DNA of 64,000 nt from a virus. Lineage: Duplodnaviria > Caudoviricetes. Below the pieces are notes generated by a model. The model was not told the DNA's origin, made no database searches, and saw only the letters and a program-made list of their open reading frames with translations. Every line of letters begins with the position of its first letter. Position 1 is the first letter of the stretch. Positions 54,828-63,680 of the stretch are shown here, one piece after another. The position numbers and the translations under genes were made by a program. Location: positions 1-64,000 of IMG/VR virus record IMGVR_UViG_3300020069_000003. One strand, given 5' to 3'.

Positions 54828-55610
54828 ATGGAAGACAATCTGATCTACCACGACTGGGAGTTCCTGGAGGACGGGCGCAGCATCGTACCGATCAGCGTGG
54901 GGATGGTCACCGAGGCCGGTGACGAGTACTACGCGGTCAACGCCGACATGCCGTGGCTGCGAGTTTGCGGGCACCCGTGGCTGCGTAATCACGTCGTGCC
55001 CCACCTGCCGCTGGCGGGGGAGGTCGGGCCCGATCGGATGCCGGTCCTGGACCTGCTGCACCCGTCGGTCAAGACCGCCCGGCAGATCCGGCAGGAGGTG
55101 CGGGGGTTCATCCTGTCCCACCCCCGGCCGAAGCTGTGGGGCTGGTACTCGGACTTCGACCAGGTGGCGCTGGCGTGGCTGTACGGACCGATGATCAGCC
55201 TGCCGCAGGGTATGCCGATGCGTACCTCCGACGTCCAGCAGGAGATCGACCGGCTGCAGGTGCCGGACAAGGAGCTGCCGCAGCAGGACCCGGACGGACT
55301 GCACGATGCCCTGTCCGACGTCCGGCACATCCGCGTCCTGCACCGGTTCCTGCGGCAGCTGGAGCAGCAGCGTGTCCAGCAGCGCCAGAACCTGTCGTAC
55401 CAGATGGCTCGCGCAGCCGAGGCCCGTATGGACCTGCAGACCACCCGGATGCTGGCGCTGCTGGTCTCGCGCCTGGACAACCGGGTGGAGATCTCCGACG
55501 CCGACCTGGCCGCCGTGGACTCCGACCGGCTGGTCACCTACCGGCAGTCCCAGCTGGACCAGGCGTCCCCGCTCGTGATCGAATACCGTCCCAAGGAGGT
55601 GCAGACGTGA
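54828..55610 (+). CDS. DEDDh 3'-5' exonuclease (RNase AS/DUF5051-like)
   Basis: YHDWEFLEDG, ISVGMV, YYAVN, WYSDFD, LHDALSD. Confidence 0.8.
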   Translation: MEDNLIYHDWEFLEDGRSIVPISVGMVTEAGDEYYAVNADMPWLRVCGHPWLRNHVVPHLPLAGEVGPDRMPVLDLLHPSVKTARQIRQEVRGFILSHPRPKLWGWYSDFDQVALAWLYGPMISLPQGMPMRTSDVQQEIDRLQVPDKELPQQDPDGLHDALSDVRHIRVLHRFLRQLEQQRVQQRQNLSYQMARAAEARMDLQTTRMLALLVSRLDNRVEISDADLAAVDSDRLVTYRQSQLDQASPLVIEYRPKEVQT

Positions 55611-56770
55611 GCAGACGATACAGGACACTGGTCCGGGCGGTGCTGCTGGCGGCGGTGGTCACGGCGTCTGCCCCCCAGGTGCAGGCTGCCGGGCCGGTGT
55701 ACAACGCGTCCGGCGGTGTCGCCGAGGCCTACGCCCCGACCCAAGGCGCCTGGGACAACCAGACCCTGCGGCAGATCGTCGACCTGTCCAGCGGCGGTAC
55801 ACAGATCCGGGTCCGGCTGACCGACGCCTACTCCGCCCAGCCCGCGTGGATCGGGCACGTAACCGTCGGTGTCCAGGAGTCGGCGGCCCAGTCGATCGAC
55901 ACCCCCGTTACCGCCACGTTCAACGGCAGCCAGTCGGTGACGATCCCCGCCGGTGGCGACGCGGTGTCGGACCCGATCGCCCTGGCGGTGGCACCGGCCA
56001 CCCGGCTGGCGGTCAGCATCTACCTGCCGCACGGGGCCAACCTGTCGCAGGCGCCCCGGCACGATTTCGCCGACGAGACCAACTACAACTACGTCGGCGG
56101 CGACGTGTCGGGCGTCCAGGCGATGCCGGTCACCAACACGTTCACGTTCGACACCCTGATCTCCGGTGTCGACGTCCTCGGTACCGCCCCCCACACGGTC
56201 GTGGTGGCGGGGGATTCGATCTCCGACGGCCTGGGGTCGGGCGCCTCGACCGACACCCGCTGGCCGAATTACCTGGCCGAGCGCATGCCCGGCTGGTCGG
56301 TCCTGGATCAGGGCATCGGCGGCAACCAGGTCACGTCGGACCAGGGTGCCTCCGGGCTGTCGCTGCAGAACCGGCTGGCCCGGGACGTGTACGCGGTGCC
56401 GGGGGTGGTGGACCTGGTCGACGCCGACGGAATCAACGATCTGCGCAGCGGGGTCAGCGCGGACACGCTGGAACAGGCCCAGGCGGGGGTGGTGCAGCAG
56501 GCCCACCAGCACGGTATACGGGTGCTGCTGACGACCCTGACCCCGTGTGTAGGCGAGGTCAGGTGCACCCCGGCGGTGCAGGCTCAACAGACGGCCTACA
56601 ACGCCTGGGTGATGTCCAACACCGTCGCCGACGGGTCGATAGATTTCTACCGGGTGCTGGTATCGGCGAACGGGGCGATCGACCCGGCGCTGGACTCGGG
56701 CGACCACCTGCACCCGAACTCGGCCGGATACCGGGTCATGGCCAACTACGTCGACCTGAGCAAGTTCTGA
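55607..56770 (+). CDS. secreted SGNH/GDSL hydrolase
   Basis: Signal peptide; GDSISDG, GIGGN, GINDL, DHLHPN. Confidence 0.9.
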   Translation: MSRRYRTLVRAVLLAAVVTASAPQVQAAGPVYNASGGVAEAYAPTQGAWDNQTLRQIVDLSSGGTQIRVRLTDAYSAQPAWIGHVTVGVQESAAQSIDTPVTATFNGSQSVTIPAGGDAVSDPIALAVAPATRLAVSIYLPHGANLSQAPRHDFADETNYNYVGGDVSGVQAMPVTNTFTFDTLISGVDVLGTAPHTVVVAGDSISDGLGSGASTDTRWPNYLAERMPGWSVLDQGIGGNQVTSDQGASGLSLQNRLARDVYAVPGVVDLVDADGINDLRSGVSADTLEQAQAGVVQQAHQHGIRVLLTTLTPCVGEVRCTPAVQAQQTAYNAWVMSNTVADGSIDFYRVLVSANGAIDPALDSGDHLHPNSAGYRVMANYVDLSKF

Positions 56771-56782
56771 GGAGAACCGCAC

Positions 56783-57778
56783 ATGGCAGCTATGCTGGGG
56801 CCGGATATCAGCTCGTACCAGAACGGGCTGGACCTGTCCAGACTGAGGTACGCCTCGTTCGTGATCGCCAAGACCACCGAGGGCACCTACTACACCGACA
56901 AGAACTACCAGGGCTGGCGCCAGCAGGCCGCCGCGCTGCGCAAGCAGTTCCTGTGGTACCACTTCCTGTCGGGCGAGGGCTCGGCGATCCAGGCGGAGCA
57001 CACCAAGGCGAACGTCGGTGACCTGTCGCTGCCCGGCATGCTCGACGCCGAGCCCGCAGGGTCGTACAGCCCGACCCTGGCCCAGATCATCGGATACATC
57101 GACGCGGCGCACTCGGCCGGACTGAATCTTCGGCTGTGCTACCTGCCGAAGTGGTACTGGGAGCAGATGGGCAGCCCGAACCTGGGCGAGCTGCTCGCCC
57201 GAGGCGTCCATCTGGTGGCGTCCAGCTACCCCGGCGGCACCGGCGATCCCCGTACCCTGTACCCCGGCGACAGCTGGTCCGGGTTCGAGGCTTACGGCGG
57301 CGTCCCGGTCGAGATCGCCCAATACACGAACAAGGCGTCCGACGGCGGCCAGCCGCTGGACTACAACGCCTACCTAGGCACACCCGAACAGTTCCAGCAG
57401 CTGCTGTACGGCAGCGGCGCCACACCCGCAGGAGGAACCGACATGTCCTACACCATCAGCGCCAACTGGCAGAACGACTACCCGGACGCGGCGGCCGAGC
57501 TGCAGAAGCACGCCGCCCCGGGCACGGTGCTGGAGACCGACCAGGCGGCCGGTATCGCGGCGGTCCGGTCGGTGGTGATCGCCTACCGGGCCGGACAGCT
57601 GGAGGCGGGCCAGGCGAACCTGAACTCCAAGCTGGACCTGATCATCAGCACCCTGGCGAACCCGGCCGCGCTGGGCGCTGCGATCGCCAGCCACCTGCAG
57701 GCGGGGGGTGGTGCAGACGCGGCGGCCCTGACCGAGGCGATCGCCTCCCACCTGCGCGTCAACCTGAGCACCCAGTGA
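56783..57778 (+). CDS. GH25 muramidase endolysin
   Basis: GPDISSYQ, AKTTEG, WYHFL, LDAE, QYT, LDYN. Confidence 0.88.
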   Translation: MAAMLGPDISSYQNGLDLSRLRYASFVIAKTTEGTYYTDKNYQGWRQQAAALRKQFLWYHFLSGEGSAIQAEHTKANVGDLSLPGMLDAEPAGSYSPTLAQIIGYIDAAHSAGLNLRLCYLPKWYWEQMGSPNLGELLARGVHLVASSYPGGTGDPRTLYPGDSWSGFEAYGGVPVEIAQYTNKASDGGQPLDYNAYLGTPEQFQQLLYGSGATPAGGTDMSYTISANWQNDYPDAAAELQKHAAPGTVLETDQAAGIAAVRSVVIAYRAGQLEAGQANLNSKLDLIISTLANPAALGAAIASHLQAGGGADAAALTEAIASHLRVNLSTQ

Positions 57779-59064
57779 GCACACTCAAGGTCGACGACCG
57801 GGTGGTCTGGAACCGGGGACCCGGGTACGGGCTGCACCGGGGGCGGGGGGTGGTGAAGAGCTTCGAGACGTACAGCGGCGTGTACTACGTCCACGTCCGG
57901 TTCGACGACCCCGGCCTGGACGACGAGATGATACCGGCGTCCGAGCTGACCCGGGTTGAGCCTGTACCGGCGCTGTCCGAGCAGGCCGACCCGGTCCCGA
58001 ACAACCTGCCGCAGATCGCCGACCTGGTGAAGGCCGACATCGACGCGCGCCGGGCTCGGGGCATCGAGACCTACGGGCAGCCGCTGCAGCCGATGAACGG
58101 CCGGGACGCGCTGCAGGACATGTACGAGGAGCTGCTGGACGGGGCGCACTACGTCCGCCAGCGGATCGAGGAGGAGCGTGTGCACCTGGCCCGGCTGGCC
58201 GATGACGACGACGCCCCGGCCCGTATCGCCGAGATCACCAGCCTCGCCAACGGGATCGGGCGGAACGCCCCGGAGACCAGCGCGGCGCACGACCTGGCCA
58301 AGGGCACGCTGTACCTGCTGCGACTGTTCCACGCGCAGGCCCACGAGCTGCGCAAGGCGGTGCAGGCGCTGGTGCGGGCGGAGCACCCGCCAGCCGATCT
58401 GGAGGTGGCGGGGTACCAGTACCGCGTCGCCCACCCGACCGAGTCCCCGGTCTACGACCCGTACAGCTACGACCAGAACTGGATCGACCGCTGGTGCGCC
58501 AACCCGGACCGGAAGGGGGAGCTGGTCGAGGGCTACTTCCCGGAGTACCGGCCGGTGTACGGGGGCGCCTGGCGTCCGGTGGACCCGGAGAAGCCACCGG
58601 AGCCCCCTCCCGGGGGCTGCAGTGTGCCGGTGGCCACTGACACCCCGGAGGTCTCCGCGAGGCCGCCGGAGACGTCTCCGGAGCCGTGGGCCCCGATCGG
58701 TCCGGAAGACAGCCTGCCCCACCTGATCCGGCGGATCTGTGTCCGGGAGTGCCTCACCCAGATGCGGATGGCCGACAAGACAGGCATCCCCCTGTCCACC
58801 CTGGTCCAGATCCAGAACTACTATGTCCCGGTCGATCCGCATCTGATCACGTTGATCCACGACGCGTTCAACCTGCCCGACCAGGAGCTGGAGCACCTGG
58901 TCGAGCTGGCCGTGCGCAGCTGCAACAGCCCGGCGTCGTGTCCCAGCGCCAGCTGCGGGCACTCCCCCAGCCAGCACAGCCGCAATTGGGGCTGCATCCG
59001 GTGCACCTGCAAGTGGGGCAGGGTCCTGTCCAACCCTGATTTGACAGACAGTCAATCCCAGTAG
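57775..59064 (+). CDS. multidomain protein: SH3-like, all-alpha NTP-pyrophosphatase-like, HTH and Cys-rich tail
   Basis: R..RG..TYG..L...GRDALQDMYEELLDGAHY; LTQMRMADKTGIPLSTL; C..CGH...H...C..C.C. Confidence 0.6.
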   Translation: MSTLKVDDRVVWNRGPGYGLHRGRGVVKSFETYSGVYYVHVRFDDPGLDDEMIPASELTRVEPVPALSEQADPVPNNLPQIADLVKADIDARRARGIETYGQPLQPMNGRDALQDMYEELLDGAHYVRQRIEEERVHLARLADDDDAPARIAEITSLANGIGRNAPETSAAHDLAKGTLYLLRLFHAQAHELRKAVQALVRAEHPPADLEVAGYQYRVAHPTESPVYDPYSYDQNWIDRWCANPDRKGELVEGYFPEYRPVYGGAWRPVDPEKPPEPPPGGCSVPVATDTPEVSARPPETSPEPWAPIGPEDSLPHLIRRICVRECLTQMRMADKTGIPLSTLVQIQNYYVPVDPHLITLIHDAFNLPDQELEHLVELAVRSCNSPASCPSASCGHSPSQHSRNWGCIRCTCKWGRVLSNPDLTDSQSQ

Positions 59065-59070
59065 TAACCT
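59041..59070 (+). promoter_or_regulatory. promoter TTGACA-18-TAACCT with perfect operator TTGAC-AGACA-GTCAA
   Basis: Direct reading. Confidence 0.7.
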
Positions 59071-59108
59071 GGTGTAGACAGACCGGACAGACCAGGGAAG
59101 GAATCGAG

Positions 59109-59291
59109 ATGAACATCCACGGATTCATCACGAACAGCATGGAATCGGGGTGTGTGGCCCTGATCCTGGGGGTGTGGGCCGGTACCAGCCTGCTGGTGTC
59201 GGCGCGGATGCCCGCCCGGCGTACGCGGCGGACCCGGCGACCTGCCGCCACCACCACCGGCTCGATGCGGGTGCGCGGGGTCAGCCGTTGA
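59109..59291 (+). CDS. small membrane protein
   Basis: GGAAGGA SD; TM helix. Confidence 0.55.
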   Translation: MNIHGFITNSMESGCVALILGVWAGTSLLVSARMPARRTRRTRRPAATTTGSMRVRGVSR

Positions 59292-59785
59292 ACGCCCGCA
59301 AGGTACAGGTAGCGGCGGTGACCAGCTCGATGGTGACCGCCGCTACCTCCGCGTTTGCCTGGGCACTGACCCGGTGGGTCGACAGCCTGGCCCTGCGCTA
59401 CACGGTGCCGCTGGTGGTGTTCGGCACGGTCTGGGTTCTGACGGTGTCGTTCGCCGCCGGTGTCGCCTGGACGGCGGCCGAGCAGTTCGGTGTGTGGGCG
59501 GCCAAGCCCAAGCCGCCGCGCCCCCCGGGCCCGACGCCCCCGCCGCCGCAGCCGGGCGAGACACCGCGTCCGGCGCCCGGCCCGATCCAGCCCAGACCGC
59601 CCCGCCCGCCCAGGCAGGAGCTGCTGGCCGAGACCACCCTGGTCGACATGGAACCAGTCACCGAGACCCGGGAGATACCGGCGTGTGTCGACCGGATGGA
59701 AGAGCCGGTCGGGTACGTCCCGGTCTGGCGTCCCCCTGCGTCCAGTACCGCCCGCGAGCTTGTGGAAGGGAAGGCCGTTAAATGA
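59288..59785 (+). CDS. two-TM protein with Pro-rich tail
   Basis: TTGA-coupled. Confidence 0.55.
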   Translation: MNARKVQVAAVTSSMVTAATSAFAWALTRWVDSLALRYTVPLVVFGTVWVLTVSFAAGVAWTAAEQFGVWAAKPKPPRPPGPTPPPPQPGETPRPAPGPIQPRPPRPPRQELLAETTLVDMEPVTETREIPACVDRMEEPVGYVPVWRPPASSTARELVEGKAVK

Positions 59786-62193
59786 TTGAACCATCCGGCA
59801 CCCTCGTCGGCGACGTCCTGCTGCCGGAGCTGCCGCCCGGTACCTGGGTCGCCTACGACACCGAGACCAACGGGCTGCACCCGGACGGCGACCCCGGCAC
59901 CGACAGCGGCGACCCCGGCTCGCCCCCCGCGCGCGTGGCAACCGCCAGCATCGCGTACCGGGATCCGGGGGACCCCGGTCGGATATTGAAGTACGCCTGG
60001 GGGTTCGACCAGGGCCCGCACCCCAGCAAGGACGGGCGGATACGGCGCCCCCGGGAGGGGGGTGGTGTAGAGCCGCTGGACGTCGAGAAGCTGCTGGCGA
60101 ACCTCGCCAAAGCCGGATACAACAACGGCTGGCGGGACCAGATCGGCAAGAACGGCAAGCCGCTGAAGACCCGGCTGGCGGTGCCGTGGACGGTTGAGCA
60201 GTCGTACGAGGCGGTCGGGCTGGACTCGTGGCTGCGGCTGCTGGCGTGGCTGCAGCGCCGCGACCAGCTGGTGATGCACCACCGAAAGTTCGACGAGTGG
60301 ATGACCTGGGTCGGCCCCCGCAACTGGCGCATCCGCCACGAGTGGGTGCACAACCCGGCGCTGCGCCAGACCGTCCAGCAGCTGGGGGTGTACGACCCGG
60401 AGCTGATCGATCAGCTGATGGCGGATGACCCCGATCGGGACGTAGGAGGGTGGTTCGGTGCCGATCTGGATCTGACGGCCGACGGTCACGAACGACCCGT
60501 GCGGGGTATCTGGGACACCATGCTGGTGCAGGCGTTCTTCGACCCGGACCAGTCGGTCGCGCTGAAGAAGTCCGCCAAGCGGCTGTTCGGGGTGGACGCC
60601 GACGCCGACCAGAAGGCATTGCTGGCGGCGATGGGCAAGCAGGGTACCGGACTCACCAAGCGGTACGACCTGACCCCGTGGAAGATCATGGGGCCGTACG
60701 CCGCCACCGACCCCGAGCTTACCCTGCTGCTGGCGGAGAATCAGCTGCGCCGGATCTCCGAGGGCGACCACCCCGGGGACTCCCGGTTCCCGCAGCACCC
60801 GCACCTGCGCAACCCCAACCTGGTGTGGGACCAGATCGACAAGGAGTTCGAGCTGTCCCGGGTCCTGCTGAAGATGGAGAAGCGGGGGGTGGGATACGAC
60901 GTCCAGACGTCCAAGCTGGGGGCCCGGCGTCTGCAGGCCGAGATGGAGCGGGTGCGCCAGACCATCCCGTACGACCCGACCAAGCTGGACGAGATCCGCA
61001 GGTTCTATTTCGCACCGAAGTCCGAGGGCGGGCTCGGGGTCATGCCGCTGAAGCTGTCGGAGAAGACCAACGTGCCCTCGGTCGACGAGGCCCAGATGCG
61101 GCTGCTGATGCAGTCGGGGCACCCGGGCGCGGCCGAGTACGACCAGTGGTCGCACTGCAAGTCCGCCCTGGGCAAGTGGTACCGGGGATGGGCCGACCGC
61201 ACTGGTACGGACGGGCGTCTGCGCACCAGCTTCAAGCAGTGCGTGATGGCGGAGGAGCGGGCCGGTGCGAAACCCGGCGGCACGATCTCCGGCCGCCTGG
61301 CCGTCGGCCGGGTCCAGCTGCAGGCGATACCGCACAACGGCCAGCTGCCGGAGGTGGTCCGGGACATCCCGGTGCGCGACCTCATCCACGCCCGGCCGGG
61401 CCACGCCCTGTGGGAGATGGACCTGCCGCAGGGCGAGGTCCGGATAGCCACGGTGGTGGTGAACTGCCGGGCGATGTGGGACGTGATCGACTCGGGCGAG
61501 GATCTGCACGGGGCCAACGCCAAGCGTATCTTCGGCGTCACCGAGGACGACCCCCGGTTCAAGGACCTGCGGGGCGTGGCCAAGCGCATCGTGTTCGGCA
61601 CGCTGTACGGCGCGGGGGTCCGGACCCTGCGCAAGCAGATACTGGAGTTCACCGGGATCGACTACTCGGAGGACGAGACCCGGGAGGCGAAGCAGGCTTT
61701 CGAGCACACCTACCCGGAGTTCCCCCGAGTCGCCCGCCAGATCCAGCGCAAGGCCGACCGCACGCTGGGCGGCGCGGGGTACGTGAACCTGGTCGACGGG
61801 CGCAAGCGCTGGTTCGGTCCGGACGAGTTCGGCCACAAGGCCTTCAACGCGGTGATCCAGGGCGGCCTGGCCCAGTCGGGCAAGACCTGGATGATCCAGG
61901 TCGAGCGCCAGCTGCCGGGCATCCAGGTGCTGGCGATCCACGACTCGATCGTGGTGGAGGTTCCGGACAACGAGGCTGGGGCGGCGCAGGCCGCGCAGGT
62001 CGCCGCGATCGGCAAGCAGGTGTACGAGCGCGACTACGGCACCCGGGGACGCACGATGTACTTCGACATCGTCCCCGAGCGCTGGGACGAGAAGGAGCCC
62101 CCGGCGCCGACAGGCCTGGCGGACAAGGTTCGCGCCCAGCTGGCCGAGCACCGTGCCAACTCGGTAGAGGGCTTTAGGCAGCTGACCTCATGA
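59782..62193 (+). CDS. polA: family A DNA polymerase (3'-5' exonuclease plus polymerase, no 5'-3' exonuclease)
   Basis: YDTET, HHRKFD, YAATD; motif A DLPQGEVR, motif B AKRIVFGTLYG, motif C IHDSI. Confidence 0.93.
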   Translation: MIEPSGTLVGDVLLPELPPGTWVAYDTETNGLHPDGDPGTDSGDPGSPPARVATASIAYRDPGDPGRILKYAWGFDQGPHPSKDGRIRRPREGGGVEPLDVEKLLANLAKAGYNNGWRDQIGKNGKPLKTRLAVPWTVEQSYEAVGLDSWLRLLAWLQRRDQLVMHHRKFDEWMTWVGPRNWRIRHEWVHNPALRQTVQQLGVYDPELIDQLMADDPDRDVGGWFGADLDLTADGHERPVRGIWDTMLVQAFFDPDQSVALKKSAKRLFGVDADADQKALLAAMGKQGTGLTKRYDLTPWKIMGPYAATDPELTLLLAENQLRRISEGDHPGDSRFPQHPHLRNPNLVWDQIDKEFELSRVLLKMEKRGVGYDVQTSKLGARRLQAEMERVRQTIPYDPTKLDEIRRFYFAPKSEGGLGVMPLKLSEKTNVPSVDEAQMRLLMQSGHPGAAEYDQWSHCKSALGKWYRGWADRTGTDGRLRTSFKQCVMAEERAGAKPGGTISGRLAVGRVQLQAIPHNGQLPEVVRDIPVRDLIHARPGHALWEMDLPQGEVRIATVVVNCRAMWDVIDSGEDLHGANAKRIFGVTEDDPRFKDLRGVAKRIVFGTLYGAGVRTLRKQILEFTGIDYSEDETREAKQAFEHTYPEFPRVARQIQRKADRTLGGAGYVNLVDGRKRWFGPDEFGHKAFNAVIQGGLAQSGKTWMIQVERQLPGIQVLAIHDSIVVEVPDNEAGAAQAAQVAAIGKQVYERDYGTRGRTMYFDIVPERWDEKEPPAPTGLADKVRAQLAEHRANSVEGFRQLTS

Positions 62194-62465
62194 GCGCCAG
62201 GGAGCGGATGGTCGAGGTGGTTCGCCAGGCGCTGGCGCGGGAGGCCGTGTGTGAACAGACTGTGGAGTCGCTGACCGCCCACGTGGCCGAGGCCGTGGTC
62301 GGCGCGCTGGTGGCGCACGGACCGGCTGTCGACGGCGGCAGCTACCGGGCCGGGTGGCTCATCGGTTACGGCCGGGTGCACGACGTCACCGAAACCAGTA
62401 TGGAGGACGGACTGTACCACGTCTGGACCCGGGACCTCGACCCGGACAGCCCGGACTACGACTAG
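62190..62465 (+). CDS. hypothetical protein
   Basis: ATGA-coupled. Confidence 0.65.
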   Translation: MSARERMVEVVRQALAREAVCEQTVESLTAHVAEAVVGALVAHGPAVDGGSYRAGWLIGYGRVHDVTETSMEDGLYHVWTRDLDPDSPDYD

Positions 62466-62479
62466 AGAGACGAGGGACA

Positions 62480-62794
62480 ATGAAACCGCTGATCAACGAG
62501 GAAGACCCGGGGTACTACAGCGCCCAGACCGAGGCGGTCGAGGCGGTGGGGGAGTCGATCCGACGGGACGGTGACCTCAGGTCCGACCACACCGTCTCCG
62601 CCTACGCCTGGGCGGCGATGGGGGCGCTGTGCGAGACCGACCCGGATCTGCCGGAGGGCGGCTGGCTGTTCGTCCGAGGCCGGGTGTACCGGGTGACCGA
62701 GGCCGAGCAGGTCGACGACGGCGAGAACCGGGACGGCGTCCTGTGGGCCGTCGAGACCCGACCGGAGCGGGACGAGGAGGAGGACGAGCAGTGA
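62480..62794 (+). CDS. hypothetical acidic protein
   Basis: GAGGGA SD. Confidence 0.65.
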   Translation: MKPLINEEDPGYYSAQTEAVEAVGESIRRDGDLRSDHTVSAYAWAAMGALCETDPDLPEGGWLFVRGRVYRVTEAEQVDDGENRDGVLWAVETRPERDEEEDEQ

Positions 62795-63021
62795 CCACCG
62801 TCAAGACCGTGATCGAGGTGTCGGACGGCGCCGAGATGCACGTCGGTGTGAACGCCGAGGGACGGATGTACGTCCGGATCGGCGGTGAGCACGAGCAGCA
62901 GGTCGAGATCGTGTGCTCCAGCTACGACACCATCCGGATGGCGTCCGAGATCATGGACCGGACCGCCGGATACGTCTCGGAGCTGGAGCGCCAGCTGGCC
63001 CGGTGGGTGAACACCGGGTGA
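62791..63021 (+). CDS. hypothetical protein
   Basis: GTGA-coupled. Confidence 0.65.
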   Translation: MTTVKTVIEVSDGAEMHVGVNAEGRMYVRIGGEHEQQVEIVCSSYDTIRMASEIMDRTAGYVSELERQLARWVNTG

Positions 63022-63081
63022 CCCGGTTTACCTCGTCAGTCTGACTGTACACCGGTGGGGCGGGGGTGGTGTACTGGCGCG

Positions 63082-63591
63082 GTGCAGACCATCGATTGGG
63101 GTACCGACCTGTTCTGGGCGATCGACCCTGGTGAGACCAAATGCGGGGTGGCGATCTTCCAGCACGGCCGGTGTGTCCAGGCACTCGCCAGCACCCCCGA
63201 CGAGTGCCTGGACAAGCTGTGGGAGCACCTCGGGTACGACCTTGCGGGTCCTACCCGGCCACGGGGGGTCGTGCTGGAGACGTTCGCGCTGCGTGCCGAC
63301 CTGGCTGCACAGCAGACAGGTAGCGAGATGGGTACCTCCCAGATGATCGGGGCGGTCCGGTGGATGTGCCGCCACCGGGAGGCACCGCTGGTGATGCAGA
63401 CCCCCCGCCAGGCCCACAGCATCGACGAGAACCCCGGCACCGAGCCGTTCCGCAGCTGGCCGCTGCGCCGGTGGGCCAGCTACGGCCAGGGCAGGGACGC
63501 CAAGATGGCCGAGCGTCACGGGCTGTTCCGGGTGTCGACCTCGTGGGAGACCCGGGAGCAGCGAGAGGCGTGGCGTGTATCAATGTCCTGA
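63082..63591 (+). CDS. RuvC-like Holliday junction resolvase
   Basis: AIDPGETKCGVA, VVLETF, QMIGAVRW, RDA..A..H. Confidence 0.8.
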   Translation: MQTIDWGTDLFWAIDPGETKCGVAIFQHGRCVQALASTPDECLDKLWEHLGYDLAGPTRPRGVVLETFALRADLAAQQTGSEMGTSQMIGAVRWMCRHREAPLVMQTPRQAHSIDENPGTEPFRSWPLRRWASYGQGRDAKMAERHGLFRVSTSWETREQREAWRVSMS

Positions 63592-63597
63592 TAGGAC

Positions 63598-63612
63598 TTG
63601 ACTACGGGGCAA
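63598..63612 (+). promoter_or_regulatory. operator/-35 TTGAC-TACGG-GGCAA
   Basis: Upstream of purZ. Confidence 0.6.
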
Positions 63613-63680
63613 GCTGTAGGGAAAAATACTGGTACAGCCGCCTGCACGTGCAGCGGCGCGGGCATGAGAGGCAGGTAGGT

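Larger units (their letters stand above)
1108..63073 (+). repeat. dispersed polar 12-mer GGGGGTGGTGTA
   Basis: Exact + strand copies at 1108, 7815, 12096, 14290, 18426, 20377, 23236, 26469, 27876, 32468, 32717, 36645, 38407, 42910, 44367, 46113, 50200, 52755, 60058, 63062; one - strand copy at 28763. Confidence 0.95.

Noticed and set aside
59782-62193. Intein or intron in the polymerase (also checked in terL and DinG)
   Set aside because: No C/S...HN intein ends or homing-endonuclease motifs; the reading frames are continuous.
1108-63073. Polar motif explained purely as a Shine-Dalgarno sequence or codon bias
   Set aside because: GGGGGTG resembles GGAGGTG and some copies precede GTG starts, but most are mid-gene, in several frames, or on the non-coding strand of leftward genes. 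SD use is at most a partial explanation.
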